A stretch of 64,000 nucleotides of DNA. Source: Lama guanicoe (lineage: Eukaryota). The notes beneath the pieces are model-generated. The model did not search any database. It saw only the letters and a program-made list of their open reading frames with translations, and was not told where the DNA came from. The translations under genes were made by a program, and so were the position numbers. The stretch spans positions 7,474,358-7,538,357 of the forward strand of contig MU054187.1 in the NCBI GenBank assembly GCA_013239625.1, given 5' to 3'. Position 1 is the first letter of the stretch; the number at the start of each line of letters is the position of its first letter. Shown one piece after another: positions 37,000 through 48,800 of the stretch.

Positions 37000-38437
37000 T
37001 TCCCTGTCAGCGCCCAGGACTGGGAGACTGCGACCTGCCCGCCCCGCTTCTCATGCTTATTTCATGCTGATGCTTCTCTGCTCTAACACTTCTCCCTTCC
37101 TGTATCCTCTCTCTTTTTCTTCTCAATGCAATTTCTTTCGTCTGTCTTCCCCTTCAGTTTCTTCTCTGAAGAAAGCAGCGATGGGCCCAGCAAATCAAAA
37201 TCCATGAGGAGGGACGGGAACGACCTCCAGCCCACGTTTCCACTGATTCCGATGGGAGTCACTCCCATTATCCCGGGAGGAGGAAAGTTGCACGTGTTCA
37301 GGTGGGACCCCACAGCCGCTTATGCTGAAGTACAAAATATAGTATTTGGAACATTTACAGTGCCAATACAATGGTATGAGTCTTTCTTTCTTCCCCTTTT
37401 TCAATTTCATTTTGTGTCTATTTTTCAGCTTGTAACAAACATCGCCAGAGCCTTGACGTGAAGATAAGCACTGTCTCACCTCCCTTGGGGAGGGAGGAGG
37501 CTAGGGAGAGCAGTGCATGCCTTAGTGGAAATATTTTGCCAGGGGAGGGGTGGCTACACTCATTTCTTAGAGCTCTAAAACAAAACAAAACAAAGCACTT
37601 TTTGTATCCAAGTGAAGGCTGGGGCAGGATTGAGATTCATCCATAAATTGGGATGGAAAAATTCCCGGCAGAGCTTCCAAGGCTGGAAAATCACTAAGTC
37701 ACATTTTCCTTGTCCACAAAAGGTCAGGAAGTTTGTTTCTCCTCTAGATAATAAGTGACCAGACTCTCAGACGTTTCCCAAACCTGACGATCTCTCAGGC
37801 TGCCCTTTCTGCACGGGTCTTCCCCTCCCCAGACCCCACCCCTCAACCCCAGACTTCTCTCAGGGGTGTTGATGAGGGTACGTAGGCCTGCCTTTCGTCC
37901 TCCCCTTTCCACAGGGGGAGTCCTGCTTGCTGTATGCGTGGCTGCTTCAGGGCTAATTTTCCAGAGGGCATGCCCTGGGGTGAAGTCAGTTCTCCAGGTT
38001 GGGTGACAGAGGTTATAGGCTCCAGCCAGGCTCCCCTGCAACCTTGGCGAATGGGACAGCCACTGGAAGTGGTCTGCATCGGGGGGAATGCCTCCTAGGT
38101 CATCCTTCAGAATTCTTGCTTTTTGTTCAGTTCATTTGGACCCCTCTTGGTAGTAACCTGGCACACCTCGTAGAAAATGTCGCAGGTGTTTCTACCCTGC
38201 TGTGACATCTGCTCTGAACTGTGTGCCTCTACATATTTGAATCTGACGTTATTGGAGCCTCTAACCTTCTCACAGCCCTGCTCAGTACTAGCAGATAACT
38301 GAAGGCTGGTTTGATTTATATCCCCAAGGACCATTCTTACAGCGTCTAGACACGTCCTGATTGATCCTGAACAGCCTGCCAACACTGTACCCTGAGCTGC
38401 ACCCTGATTCATAGGCCAATAGTATCTCAGATGCTTG
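37000..38437 (-). pseudogene. Candidate decayed coding segment(s) of the unnamed minus-strand gene
   Basis: ORFs 38107..38412 and 37843..38079 share one frame, joined by KKQEF*RMT*EAFPPMQ; ORF 37195..37479 continues F*FAGPIAAFFREETEGEDRRKKLH*EEKERGYRKGEVLEQR; left boundary uncertain. Confidence 0.4.
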
Positions 38438-38456
38438 CTACATGTAATAGCATTAA

Positions 38457-38661
38457 AAAAACAGACTTTATTTTTTTAAAGCATTTTTAGATCCATAGCA
38501 AACCTGAGTGGCATATACTAGATTTCCCACATATGCTCTGCCTCACTCGTGCACAGCCTCCCTTATTATCCATCCCCTCCTCCAGCCTGGTACACTTGTT
38601 AGAGCTGACGGACCTACATTGACACATCATAATCACCCACAATCCACAGTTTACATTAGGG
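38457..38661 (-). mobile_element. Old LINE-1 3' fragment
   Basis: cagactttatttttttaaagc...gacctacattgacacatcataatcacccac...tttacattagggt; TSD-like tgtaatagc at 38443 and 38662. Confidence 0.75.
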
Positions 38662-38954
38662 TGTAATAGCGTGTTAACTCACATTACACATAGATATGGA
38701 AAGAAAATACAGCTAACTAACAATTTTTAGCAAAATATTCCAGATACATTGGAATAAATTATAAATGATAATATAACAGACATGACCACAGCTAAGAAAT
38801 GAAATCTCCCTTCTCCTTGGTCTGTGTCTCAGGCTCCAGTGCATTGTTCCTGGTAAAAAAATTATTCTAAACCTTGGCTTTATTTTTATTTAATTTTCTG
38901 ACTTTTACCCCTTGTATTTGTATTTTTACTTCGTATTTATAGAGAATGTGAGAC

Positions 38955-39195
38955 AGTCAAGCGCAGTGGTTAACAGCATAGACTACAGAATCAAACTACC
39001 TGGATTTGCATCCTGGGTAAGCAGCCTGTAAGAGGTATTTAACTTCTTGTATATACCTCAGTTTTCCTATCTGTAAAGTGGAGGTCATAGTAGTATCAAT
39101 CTTTTAAGGTTGTGAAGAGTAACTCATTTAGCGTGTGTAAAATCTTAGAACAGTTTCTGGTGCACTGGAAACTCCATATTAAGCGTTTGTAACTA
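38955..39195 (+). mobile_element. MIR SINE
   Basis: gcagtggttaacagcatagact...cctcagttttcctatctgtaaagtggagg...cttagaacagtttctgg. Confidence 0.85.
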
Positions 39196-39199
39196 TTGT

Positions 39200-39620
39200 T
39201 AAGTTAAACCCATACTTTTGCATGTTTTAAGCTTTCTATAAATAAAATACTATGTATATGTATCTTTCTATACCTTCTATTATTTGCTTAATATTATGTT
39301 TGTGACTTGATGTTCATCCATGCTGATACATATGACTTTCTTGGATGGTATCTCGCTGTGTGATTTTATCCCAATTTATTCACCTATTCTCCTGTTGAAG
39401 GAAATTTGGATCATTCTCACGTTTTTGGTTTCTGTTTCTTGCAGTAACAAATAATTCTACACTGAATATTTTGGCATGTGTCTGCTTATATCGGGAACAA
39501 GATTTCCTCTAAGCTTTCTATCCAACAATAGGATTCCTGGGTCTGAAATTTTGTTTGTTTAATAAATAATTAAAGAACTTTCTTTACAAGCCAGCCTACC
39601 AATTACCACCCTTCCCAAGA
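39200..39620 (-). mobile_element. Old LINE-1 (L1ME-like) fragment
   Basis: ttcatccatgctgatac...caatttattcacctattctcctgttgaagga...ggattcctgggtc. Confidence 0.6.
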
Positions 39621-39752
39621 AACACATTAATCTCTGTACATAGTGGAGAAACTTAAGCTTTCCGATTAAGTATCGCTCAGTCTCCTTCATTTAAATGGTC
39701 TATTTTCGATGAGTCATATCTTGGGGTAGATGTTAAGTTTTCATATTTTTAC

Positions 39753-40504
39753 CTCCTTCCCCTATTCCTCGCTAAGGTGGCCTCTAGGTTTGTAGGATGG
39801 GGAGGGCTGCCTAGGGCGAGGAGAGGAGGGCTGGGTCCTCCCACTGCCCTATGGAGCTTCGCTGGCAGCCCGGCCTGCTCTCTGGTCTGGCTCTGGCTAC
39901 TGGAGATTGTGGTCCTGGTTATTCTTACTGGCCTTGAAATCATCACATATGGAAGCTGTTTGATTTTAATTCCACTCCTCTGCTGTTTCCCCAGCATTTT
40001 GAATAACTCTGCAGTCCCCACGCCTACACCCCCTGCCCAAGTCAAGACAAATGGAGACTTTGAGGCTTTTGTACCAACTGAACAGGCCGTTGGGGAGCCA
40101 AGAGCTGCCTGCAGCTCATACAAGCATTACGTCCCCTTCCGGTGCTGCCATATTGCCTCTGCGTTAGGTTTGGAGGCTCCTGGGCTCCCCTCTCCCAATA
40201 TGCAAACCAGACCCAGGCCCCTGGCCGGTTACCTTGCTTGATGGTCTCTGGCTTCTGATTGTCTGGATGCTTCTGTTGTGTCTCCCTCTGGGGTTCCATC
40301 TCAACAGGGGCACAGGGGGAGTGCTCGTGCTGATTTCTCAGCTTTATCTCTTTGTCCCATTCAAGACACTGCTGTGGGCAGGAGAGGCTGTGATTTCCCA
40401 TCCTTTCCTCTGTGGAAAGGACTTCCTGTGCATTCTGTCTTCCTTCGGCCTGCTGGCCTCTGCCTTTTGGCCAAAATGGCTGGCAGGGTGTAAGGACAGA
40501 GAAA
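39753..40504 (-). pseudogene. Candidate first coding exon (relic) of the unnamed minus-strand gene
   Basis: Acceptor ctctgccctcttccctcctgtctcag| at 40504; ATG at 40401 in strong Kozak context (aggATGG; MGNHSLSCPQQC...); donors AAG|gtaacc at 40233 and GAG|gtaaaa at 39753; overlapping ORFs 40042..40539 and 39749..40123 in different frames. Confidence 0.4.
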
Positions 40505-40547
40505 CTGAGACAGGAGGGAAGAGGGCAGAGCTTAGTCATTAAAAGAA

Positions 40548-41114
40548 TGACGTAGCAATTAGCACCAAGACGGGGGAAGGCTCAGCTCCCAGTCGTCCTT
40601 GAGCTTCATTATACACTTGTTGTAATACATTAGCCTCTAAGCGGCACCCCCACAGGTGCCAGGGCAGCTCCTAGGCTGACCACGGGAGGTCAAAAAGTGG
40701 GCGATGGCCCAGTACCTGGAAATCCCTACCCCCTCCCCAAAGCAGTGGAATAACCCTCCACTTGTTAATGTATGACGTTACCGAGCCTGTGAGAACTAAC
40801 AACCCTGCACTGCGTGGCTTTTTCTCTTGCCTTTCGGGACGGCCCGCACTCTGCCTATGGCGTGTGTAACTACTTCTACTTTAAACTAAACACCAGCCCC
40901 CAAGCCTCGTGGCCTCTCTGGACTTCTGAGATGGGCTGCATTCTGTCTATGGAGCACGCATCTCTGCATAAATCTACCTTCACGCTACCGTGGTTTGCTC
41001 TTGAGTTCTTTCCTGCCCGAAGCCAAGGACCCTCACTTGGTGGACCGTGTCCCGTGGGCTCGACGGAGACCTAGGACACAGCCATCCTCTCAGGCCCCTC
41101 ATTTTTCCTGTATC
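40548..41114 (+). mobile_element. ERV1 solo LTR (MER41-like)
   Basis: TG...CA; cattatac...aatacattagc...cccacaggtgcca...gcactctgcctatgg...gagttctttcctgcccgaagccaaggaccctc...ttcctgtatca. Confidence 0.7.
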
Positions 41115-43619
41115 AAAACCAGTTTAAGGTTAAGTGCCCCCAAAGGAGGTGCTTACAGCACTGAATCTGCCAGAATATACCGTTTAGCCAATGAGGAGGT
41201 ACTATTGACAGCAATGGGCCAGGACATTTAAATCTGGATTCTGATGGAAAATCAGAATGTGTCACTTGGCAGGTAGAGGAAGCCAAGTGCATGGCAGAGC
41301 ACAGGGCACAGGTCCTGGTGTCATGCGGCCGGTGGAGACGGTGTGTCCACACAGTGCTCTGTGGGTTCTGCCCATTCAGTCTGAACTCTTTTCTGATCTC
41401 TGCACAGATGATTTGCAGAATAAGATATTTCCTGTCTTTTGCCTCATAACAATAAGCTTAAAGAATTGAGGGACAGGGCAGAAGTCAAGGTGACCATTTC
41501 AGATGGTCATTACCTTGCTCATAAAAGCACCCTATAAATTTGCCAGTGTTATTACAGGCTAGTTAAAGCCATCACTGCCGCTCAGGGGTGCTGGGTGAAG
41601 GGCAAGATTCCTTCCCACTCTGACCCTTATATGGATGATCTCACAGAGCACTGATGAGTTAGTTCAGGAATGGTAAATAATGGTAAATAAGGGAGTTCAC
41701 AGTATCCCAAGGCAGGAGCAATTCCTCTAGAAGAGCAGAGAGCTTATTTTAGAAGCTGTTTGGTTTCTGTGAAAACACTTTCTATATTAGTTATGGAAAG
41801 AGGGGTTAGAATTGAATGTCCAGCAATAAAAGACTAATTGCTTGCAGAAAAAGCCCCGGGTAATTAAAGAGGCAACATTTTTCACCCCTGAGTAGAGGAT
41901 AGTGCTAGCTAGCCAAGTGGCAATGTCATGGACAGGGCTTAATGATGCGATGGGATTTACCAGTTATGAGATGACCAAAGAGGGGAGATAAAGTTGGCTG
42001 GAAAGGAAGGACACAAAGACTATCTCCGGGAGACATTTTAACTCATTGTCTAATAAGATGTTACAAATTTCTGAAAATGGTAGACGCTGGTAAGAATCTT
42101 ATCAAAAGTCTATATATAGAAATGTAAATGTACATAATGCAAAGAGATACAGTGAAAAACACATGTTTAAATAATTTTAAAAGGGCACAAAAGGAAGAAA
42201 AGAGAAAATAATCACTGAAGACAAAAAGCAAAATAACAGGTAGATCTAAATCCAGATATCACACACACGCACACACACACAGTGTTGTTTACTACACTAA
42301 TCTGGCAAGTAGTTTTGGTGGTGTTTCTTAACCTGTTGGTGTTCCATTTCCACATTTATAAAGCCAGGTTCCTACTGCTGGCTCTTGATCTCACTGAAGG
42401 GCTGGGAGGGTTAATGGGGTCTTACACTGGCCCTGAATATCACCCTTCCAAAGTGCAGAAGCGAACTCCATTCTCCATCCCAGACCAGAGCAACACAGGA
42501 CATGGAAGAGTGGACAGGCGGCTGCAGTTTCCATCTCTGGCACGCACACCTCGCCCGGGACATTTAGCTCTGCCACTGCAGGTCCCCTCCTCAGCCTTCA
42601 CCCTCTGCTGATTTCTAAGAATTAAATTGGACTTTGGAACTGGGACCGAGGTGTCATCTATTAGTTGGTGTTGATAGATTTCTGTTCTATTGAGACCAGA
42701 GAATTTAGCCGCAAGCCAGTGAGAGGGCAGGCAAGAAAGAGAAAGAAGAATGTGCTGGAAACAGAAGACAGGGATGCATCCCCTGGAATATACACTGCGC
42801 AAAAGTCAGACAGGACTCAGGAGAAACCACCGCCCAGAAGAACCCAAGTCTTCAGCGAGGAGCCCGAAGCCCAGGGAGCAGCATCAGCGGGAGTAAGAAA
42901 GCTGACGTTTAGCAAGGAAAGGTGGCCTGTAATTTCCCATTGTCTTTTTGCTACGAGTTCCCCGCTGCTTCTTTCTCAGTTTTCTTTTCCGGGGTCTGGA
43001 AGGTTCGGGGCTGGTTGTTGTTAGTGGACAGCTCTCCTCTCCAGCTCGACTCTCTGCAGCGTCACTGCAGGGCTAGAGTTACGAGCAGCGGGCACTTTCT
43101 GGGGAAGAGCCACATAATTTTCAAGGGGACCTAAAAGAATTCAGTTCAGCAGAATATCATTATGATCGGCCAGCTCAAAAAAGTGCTGCTGAGCTGGCGA
43201 TAATTCACCTGCCTCCTTCAACGGCTACCATCGAAATTGCATTTGAGCACGGAAAACAAATATGCTTTCATTGTATGTCTGAAATCTTTCATTCAGCCTC
43301 AAAGTACTGGGTAAATACTGCATTGCAGCTTCCCTGTTTTTGCAGAGAATTTCTGTTCCCCCGTGGCTGACAGGGGAGGGGCCACAGCCAAGGCAGCCTG
43401 CTTTCAGCTCGACTCAGCAGATCCCTCAGGTCCAGGATATAAAGAGAAACGCGTCCTCAGCTAGCTTGGCTGCGGAGAGAAGGCCAGATACACAGGTACT
43501 AATGAAATCAGGTTTGATTATCTTCATTTATTCATTAAAAAAAATCATTGGGTGTTTATCAGGCAGTATGTATTTTCTTCAAAGAGTCAGACGCCTCTTG
43601 ACATGCTGGAGAACTTACA

Positions 43620-43880
43620 AAATAGGTTCAGGATGCCAGATACGTTCCCGCCGTTCCCGCGAGCTCCGCTCAACCGCGCGGCGAGCAAGTGCCGGGGGAC
43701 ATCTGCGAGACAGTGGTGTGCGCGCCTGCGTGTGTGCGTGCATGCGTGCATGCATTCCCCATGCATTCATTGACTATTTCTACCGTGTTTCAGGCACTGG
43801 AAGTACAGACTAACAAGACGCTCCTCCGGGCCCCGGGCTGGCTCGAGAGCGGGGTCTGGGTTCTAGTCCGGCCAGCGCTG
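43620..43880. promoter_or_regulatory. Small CpG-rich patch (possible promoter or enhancer)
   Basis: cgttcccgccgttcccgcgagctccgctcaaccgcgcggcgagc...gtgtgcgcgcctgcgtg: dense CpG in an otherwise CpG-depleted window. Confidence 0.35.
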
Positions 43881-43964
43881 TTTCTCATCACTCGTCCTTA
43901 ACTGTTTGCTGCTCAGCTCCGATTGCTAAGGAGTGGAGCACGCACGTGTCATACAAGCATCACT

Positions 43965-44125
43965 CTTGCTAAAACTGACTTGTGACCTAGATACTGTATT
44001 ACCCCGGTTTGCGGATGGGGACCAGGAGGTAAAAGGGCTTGCCAAAGGTCACGTGGCTAGTGAGCCGCAGAGCCCAGATGCGGAATGGGGTCTGTGGATT
44101 CTTGCCGGAGCCCTCAACCACGGCC
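43965..44125 (-). mobile_element. MIR SINE
   Basis: ttaccccggtttgcggatggggaccaggaggtaaaagggcttgccaaaggtcacgtggctagtgag. Confidence 0.75.
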
Positions 44126-44464
44126 TCTCCTGTCCCCAGGGGATCTAATGATGAGCTGGCTCCCTAAACACACATCAAAGGCTCACCAGATGTGCTTTAT
44201 TTTACATTTTGACCTTCTTCATGAACACAATCCCTTCATTCTTTCCGGGCAGTGGTTGGGCTCACAGGGTGTGGATGTCTCCTGAAGAACCTTCTTCCAA
44301 AGGCCTTTTTCCTCCCTTCGGGGAACAGTGTTATCTCATGCCCGGGTTAGGGTGCTGTCTACTTAAACCAGTTCTGATGCTTTCGTCCGGAAATACATCC
44401 ATGTGAAATTCTGCAGTAGCAAAACCAATCTGGTGCATTTTCCCTCTGACAATATAAAGAGAAT

Positions 44465-44486
44465 CACACACACACACACACACACA
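44465..44486. repeat. (CA)n microsatellite
   Basis: About 11 CA units. Confidence 0.95.
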
Positions 44487-45400
44487 AAATCTACACTGTG
44501 AGGCTGGTGGGCTTTTTCCCCCACAACAACACATGATTTCTAAAAATCATGCCTTGCGTTTAAACAGGGAAGCCTTGGCTGTAACTCCAAAACGAGGTTT
44601 GTCTGGGGGAAAAAGATGTTTTGCGGCTGAGAGCGATTTGAAAGAAGCTTTGGGTGAGCTATCTTTCTTGCCTATTTAACAGCTTAAGGTTTCTAGAAGC
44701 CTCTGTGAGCTCACCTTTTGCATCTGAGCCCCAAACCTGCATCTATTAAAGAGCTCTCTCGAGCCTGCTGTGAATTTCAGGGCCCCTAGGAGGATGCTCC
44801 AGGCATCTTAACTGGTTTGAAATCACATGGCCTCAGGCTCCACTGTCTTTTTTTGGAGCAGGATGGGAGTCGGGGAATTAGTTCAAAAGCTGCAGCCGCT
44901 TCTTCCCTCTCTCCCTAATTTCTGTTGTTCAACGTTGGTTCTACGCCATTTGCAATATTTTAAGAACCATTGCAGAGGACCCAGGTCATAGCGGTTAGAA
45001 TTAATATCATTCTCTCTCTTTTTCTATTATTTTTCATCTTTGCACTCGTGTGATCCATACGTATGTGGTTTGGGTTCGGAAATTTAGATGATTGAAAAAA
45101 TACCGCAGACCTTCTCTCCAGCCCCGGGTGGAAGTTTCATTTGTTTTTGTTTGTGGTTTTGGGGTGTATGTATGTGTGTGTGTTGGTGGGAGGCAGGATG
45201 GGGAAGGTAGAGAGGAAGAAAAACTATAGAAAACAGAAAGGGAGGGCTTTGAGTTCTAACAGCCGGACGTGCAGAGAATGTCAGTATTCTCTGCAGAAGG
45301 GGATTCAGGAGGTGGGAAACCGGATGCCTCCTTGCGGGATGATGTCTGTGCTTTCCTAACTGCTCAGAAAATTAAATCTCAGGCTGCGTATCTCTCATAC

Positions 45401-45650
45401 CTGCCCCGTGAAGCAGAGCAGGACCCACTAAGGCTCGCCTCCACCCTGAGCAGGTTTAGAGGCAGGCTGCTGATACCAGAACCTGCTACGGTTTTGTGAT
45501 GTGAAGCGTGGACAAGTCAGTCTGATGAACTGCGCAGCAAGCGCAGGAGCAGACAGAACGAGGTGGCCCGGGCAGCAACCAGCGCCGGAGCTACGGGGCT
45601 GCCGTGCGGGCCCCGCTGAGGAGGGCCGGGGGGCAGGTGGCTGAGACCTG
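45401..45650 (-). promoter_or_regulatory. Candidate GC-rich promoter and non-coding first exon
   Basis: CpG/GC-rich 45530-45640, followed on the minus strand by strong donor CAG|gtatga at 45401. Confidence 0.35.
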
Positions 45651-45679
45651 GTTGTCACAACTATGGGTGCAGGACGTGC

Positions 45680-45895
45680 CTCCAGGAACAGAGTCTGAGC
45701 TCCAGCCCCAATTCTGCACTTTGGGTAAGGGCAGTGTGACTTTGATTAAATCACTGAACTCCTGAGCCTCGGAACCCTCATTTCTAAGATAGTAATAATA
45801 GGAACGGGACTTCGTTCTAGGTTTTTCGAGTGGATTAATGGAACAAGGAATTTCAAGTACTGGGCACGGTGACTGGTGCAGAGTGTGCACAGGCT
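45680..45895 (+). mobile_element. MIR SINE
   Basis: gtgtgactttgattaaatcactgaactcctgagcctcggaaccctcatttctaagatagtaataatag. Confidence 0.7.
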
Positions 45896-48800
45896 GCTGT
45901 CCATGGTGACAGGAATTATTCTGTCCTGTTCTCCTTGGCCCTTGGTGCTTGACGCAGCTGGGGAAATGGAGTTCAGAGCACCAACACTTCCAGGCAAGAG
46001 GTGGGACAGGGCAAAGAGAGCAGAAAGAGAGGGGGGATCTAATGTTTTAAATGGAGACTTTACACGTCAAGAGTGAAGAGGGTCTGGGGGAAGGAGGCAG
46101 TCCTCATCTCTGACCCTCAGAGCACCCGGGCTCTGGTGAGGGGCTGGGACGAGGCTCTTTGAGGCTTCTCTTCCCAGAACTCTCCGGTCACTTATGTAAC
46201 TCGAGAGACTTCAGATTGCAAAGAACCTGGTTTCTGTATCGTTGTCAGCACAAATCAAGATCTACTGACTCGAACGGGCACTTTAAGCACCTTAATTTAT
46301 TTCCAACCATCAAAATTGTTTCCACACCTCTTGTTTTGTTCAGAAATTATTCCCCTACATGAAGTTTGCTTCAGACTGAAGGACAGAGAAGCAACATTGA
46401 CTGACTTGAGTCTGAGGCTCCGAGGGCGTGAGTCAGAGCTGTGGTGGGGGAGCACCTGTTTGTGGCTGTGGTGGGAGTACTTCTGGAATCTGGAACACAA
46501 TAAAGGCTCTACGTTAATTATTTCTGAAATCAAGTGAATGGGGCCTTGAGACTGCAAGTGGACCCAATGCACACAATCCAGCCTTAAAGAGGTGGATTTT
46601 CAGCTGATTATGCTCAGCTCTGTACGTTAATTCTATTTTTCTATACTCAGGTCCCTCTCATGTTTTCTTGCCTGAATTTCTTGACTGCTTTATCTCTTCA
46701 CTCACCCATCCACCCATCTGTCCATCCATCCATCCATCCACTCTGACTTTATTGCACTCCTGTGATGAGCTGGTCACCCCCTAGATGTGGGGAAATGGGG
46801 TGTACTGTCACAGAACTGGCAGATCCTCCCAACCATCTCTGGTTTGTGCTTCTTCCATCTTTTTCATTCAAGTACTAGCCCTTTTCTTGGCTAACTCCTA
46901 TGCTGTCCCATTAAACTAGTCTCCCAGTATCAGGAAGGCAATTCCTTTCTTGTTGCCATGACCACCTTGACATTTATGATCGCTGTATCCCATTAGCCCA
47001 GTGCCAAAATTTTTAGTATGGTGACAGAGTGGAGCTCAGCTTCTGGAAGCGTGGGTGGGGACATGGGGATAATAGTGGGTGAGAGAACACGGTTTCATTT
47101 TTGAGGTGGGTACCAGGGTGCCTGAAGATAAATGATGATTTATCCCCATGAGACCACATGGAATACCACAGCTGGAAAGAGCCTAACAGATCATTTCATT
47201 TAATTTCCTGGGAATCAGAAATCTTCTCTACTACATCTGTGTCAGATCAAGAGCCAGCCTCTGGGACAGAGACTCATTCAGCAGCACACTGATGGATTCC
47301 TCTAGCTGTTACAGAATTCTTCAGTGTATTCTCACTGATACCCACCTTTTTATAACCTCAACACTTTGGTCCCTGTTTTATCTCTCTATGGAAACAACAA
47401 AATGTCCGGTGCTTTTTCATGTCACAACTGTATTCACGTGGACTTTTTCATTTGTAAATAACCAAAACCCTACCTTAAACATCCCCCACATAAAGGGGAA
47501 TTTAATAAGAAAGATGCAGAGTTTTCTTAGGGGGCCTAAGGACAGAAATGCACAAATGCCTTATGCCTGAGGAATGGTCTAGAATCAGAGACTAAAAAGC
47601 ACCAAGAATCTTTCATGTCTTTCGTCTGTGCTGTAACCTGTCTCTCTTGCTCTCTCTTCTGTAATTCCTGGAGAGGCCAGTGATTGCTCTGGGTGAATCA
47701 AGTTTCACCCCAAACAAATGTGTGTTTGTGGGTTGTGTCATGCAGGAACATGGTCATTCCTGCTGCAACCATGTGGAAAAGGGGAGGAAGAGGGCCAATT
47801 TCTAGAAAAAGAGCATAAGGTAGGTAATCCTGTATATTCTATAAACACCATATCTGAGTGTCATTCAAGCAACACATTTTTTCTTGATTTGGCAGTTTAT
47901 TACAATTAATATGAGTGTAAAACCCTGTAAACTCCACAAAGTAAGTGGTTTATCCTCCACCATAACCAAGAGATAGTCTGTTATGAACTTGCAGCACCCT
48001 CACCATTTTAACATTTATATGTTTTAAGAAAGTCATTGTCAAACCTATAGCATTATAACACATTTCTTTTAGGGAAAGGTTGTTAACACTTTCTGTTAAA
48101 ATAAACAAACACATACTTTCCTCTTGAGCTAAAGAAGTTGAATCCCCCACAGTGAACTCACAAAACAAACTCAGATAATTTGCTATTCATCAATCAAATG
48201 TCATATCTCATTCAGATAACAAACATTTGAATGCAGAAATATTTGCAAATATTTCTCCTAAATCTTATCACCAGCTTATATATACGTCCAGTTTCTCCAA
48301 CCTTTTCTCAGATGACTCAGCTTCCATGAAGACTACTCTGCCTGGCTTTCTTTACTTTTCAAAATTTTACCGTGAAAATATGGCTTGTAGAACTCATTAC
48401 AACAGGCACATTTGATCAATTTAGAGTTCAGGTCACCTCGTCAAATGTAGGAGGCCCCTAGGAGATTCCTTCCTTTAGAACTTACCACTTCACCTGACCT
48501 GGAAGTTTCCATCACTGGTAGGAGTTATGATCCCAAAGAAATTTTTCTGTATAGAGAATTCAAAATGAAAGGCTGAATGATGACATTGGCCAAGGACGAT
48601 CTGAATCCAAAGCAAAGTGAAACCTTATTAATAATATAACTGAAAAAAAATTGCCCTGAGAACACTGGGCTATTACTTATACAAGCTTTTGGAGACATAT
48701 TGTCTCCTTTAGTCGTTAAAATTCATGAACTGCAAATGGTAAATGCTTACAGCTCTTTGTGCTTTTTTTCTTTACTATTTATCTCATATTTAGTGGTACT

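Noticed and set aside
37252..37268. Palindrome atgggagt-c-actcccat, giving MGVTPI on both strands
   Set aside because: An 8-bp arm is expected by chance in 64 kb.
8580..40123. Resemblance of short peptides (CLSLNLS, EILNGDQ, MISRPV) to C10orf90/FATS as I remember it
   Set aside because: Matches are short and not in a consistent order, one uses the less favoured frame, and no ALMS motif is visible; gene symbol not assigned.
40548..41114. Interferon-responsive GAS motif in the MER41-like LTR
   Set aside because: No TTCNNNGAA seen by eye in this copy.
42665..43024. 119-aa plus-strand ORF with possible donor GGA|gtaaga near 42891
   Set aside because: No recognisable product, no clear acceptor or promoter, and no partner exon found.
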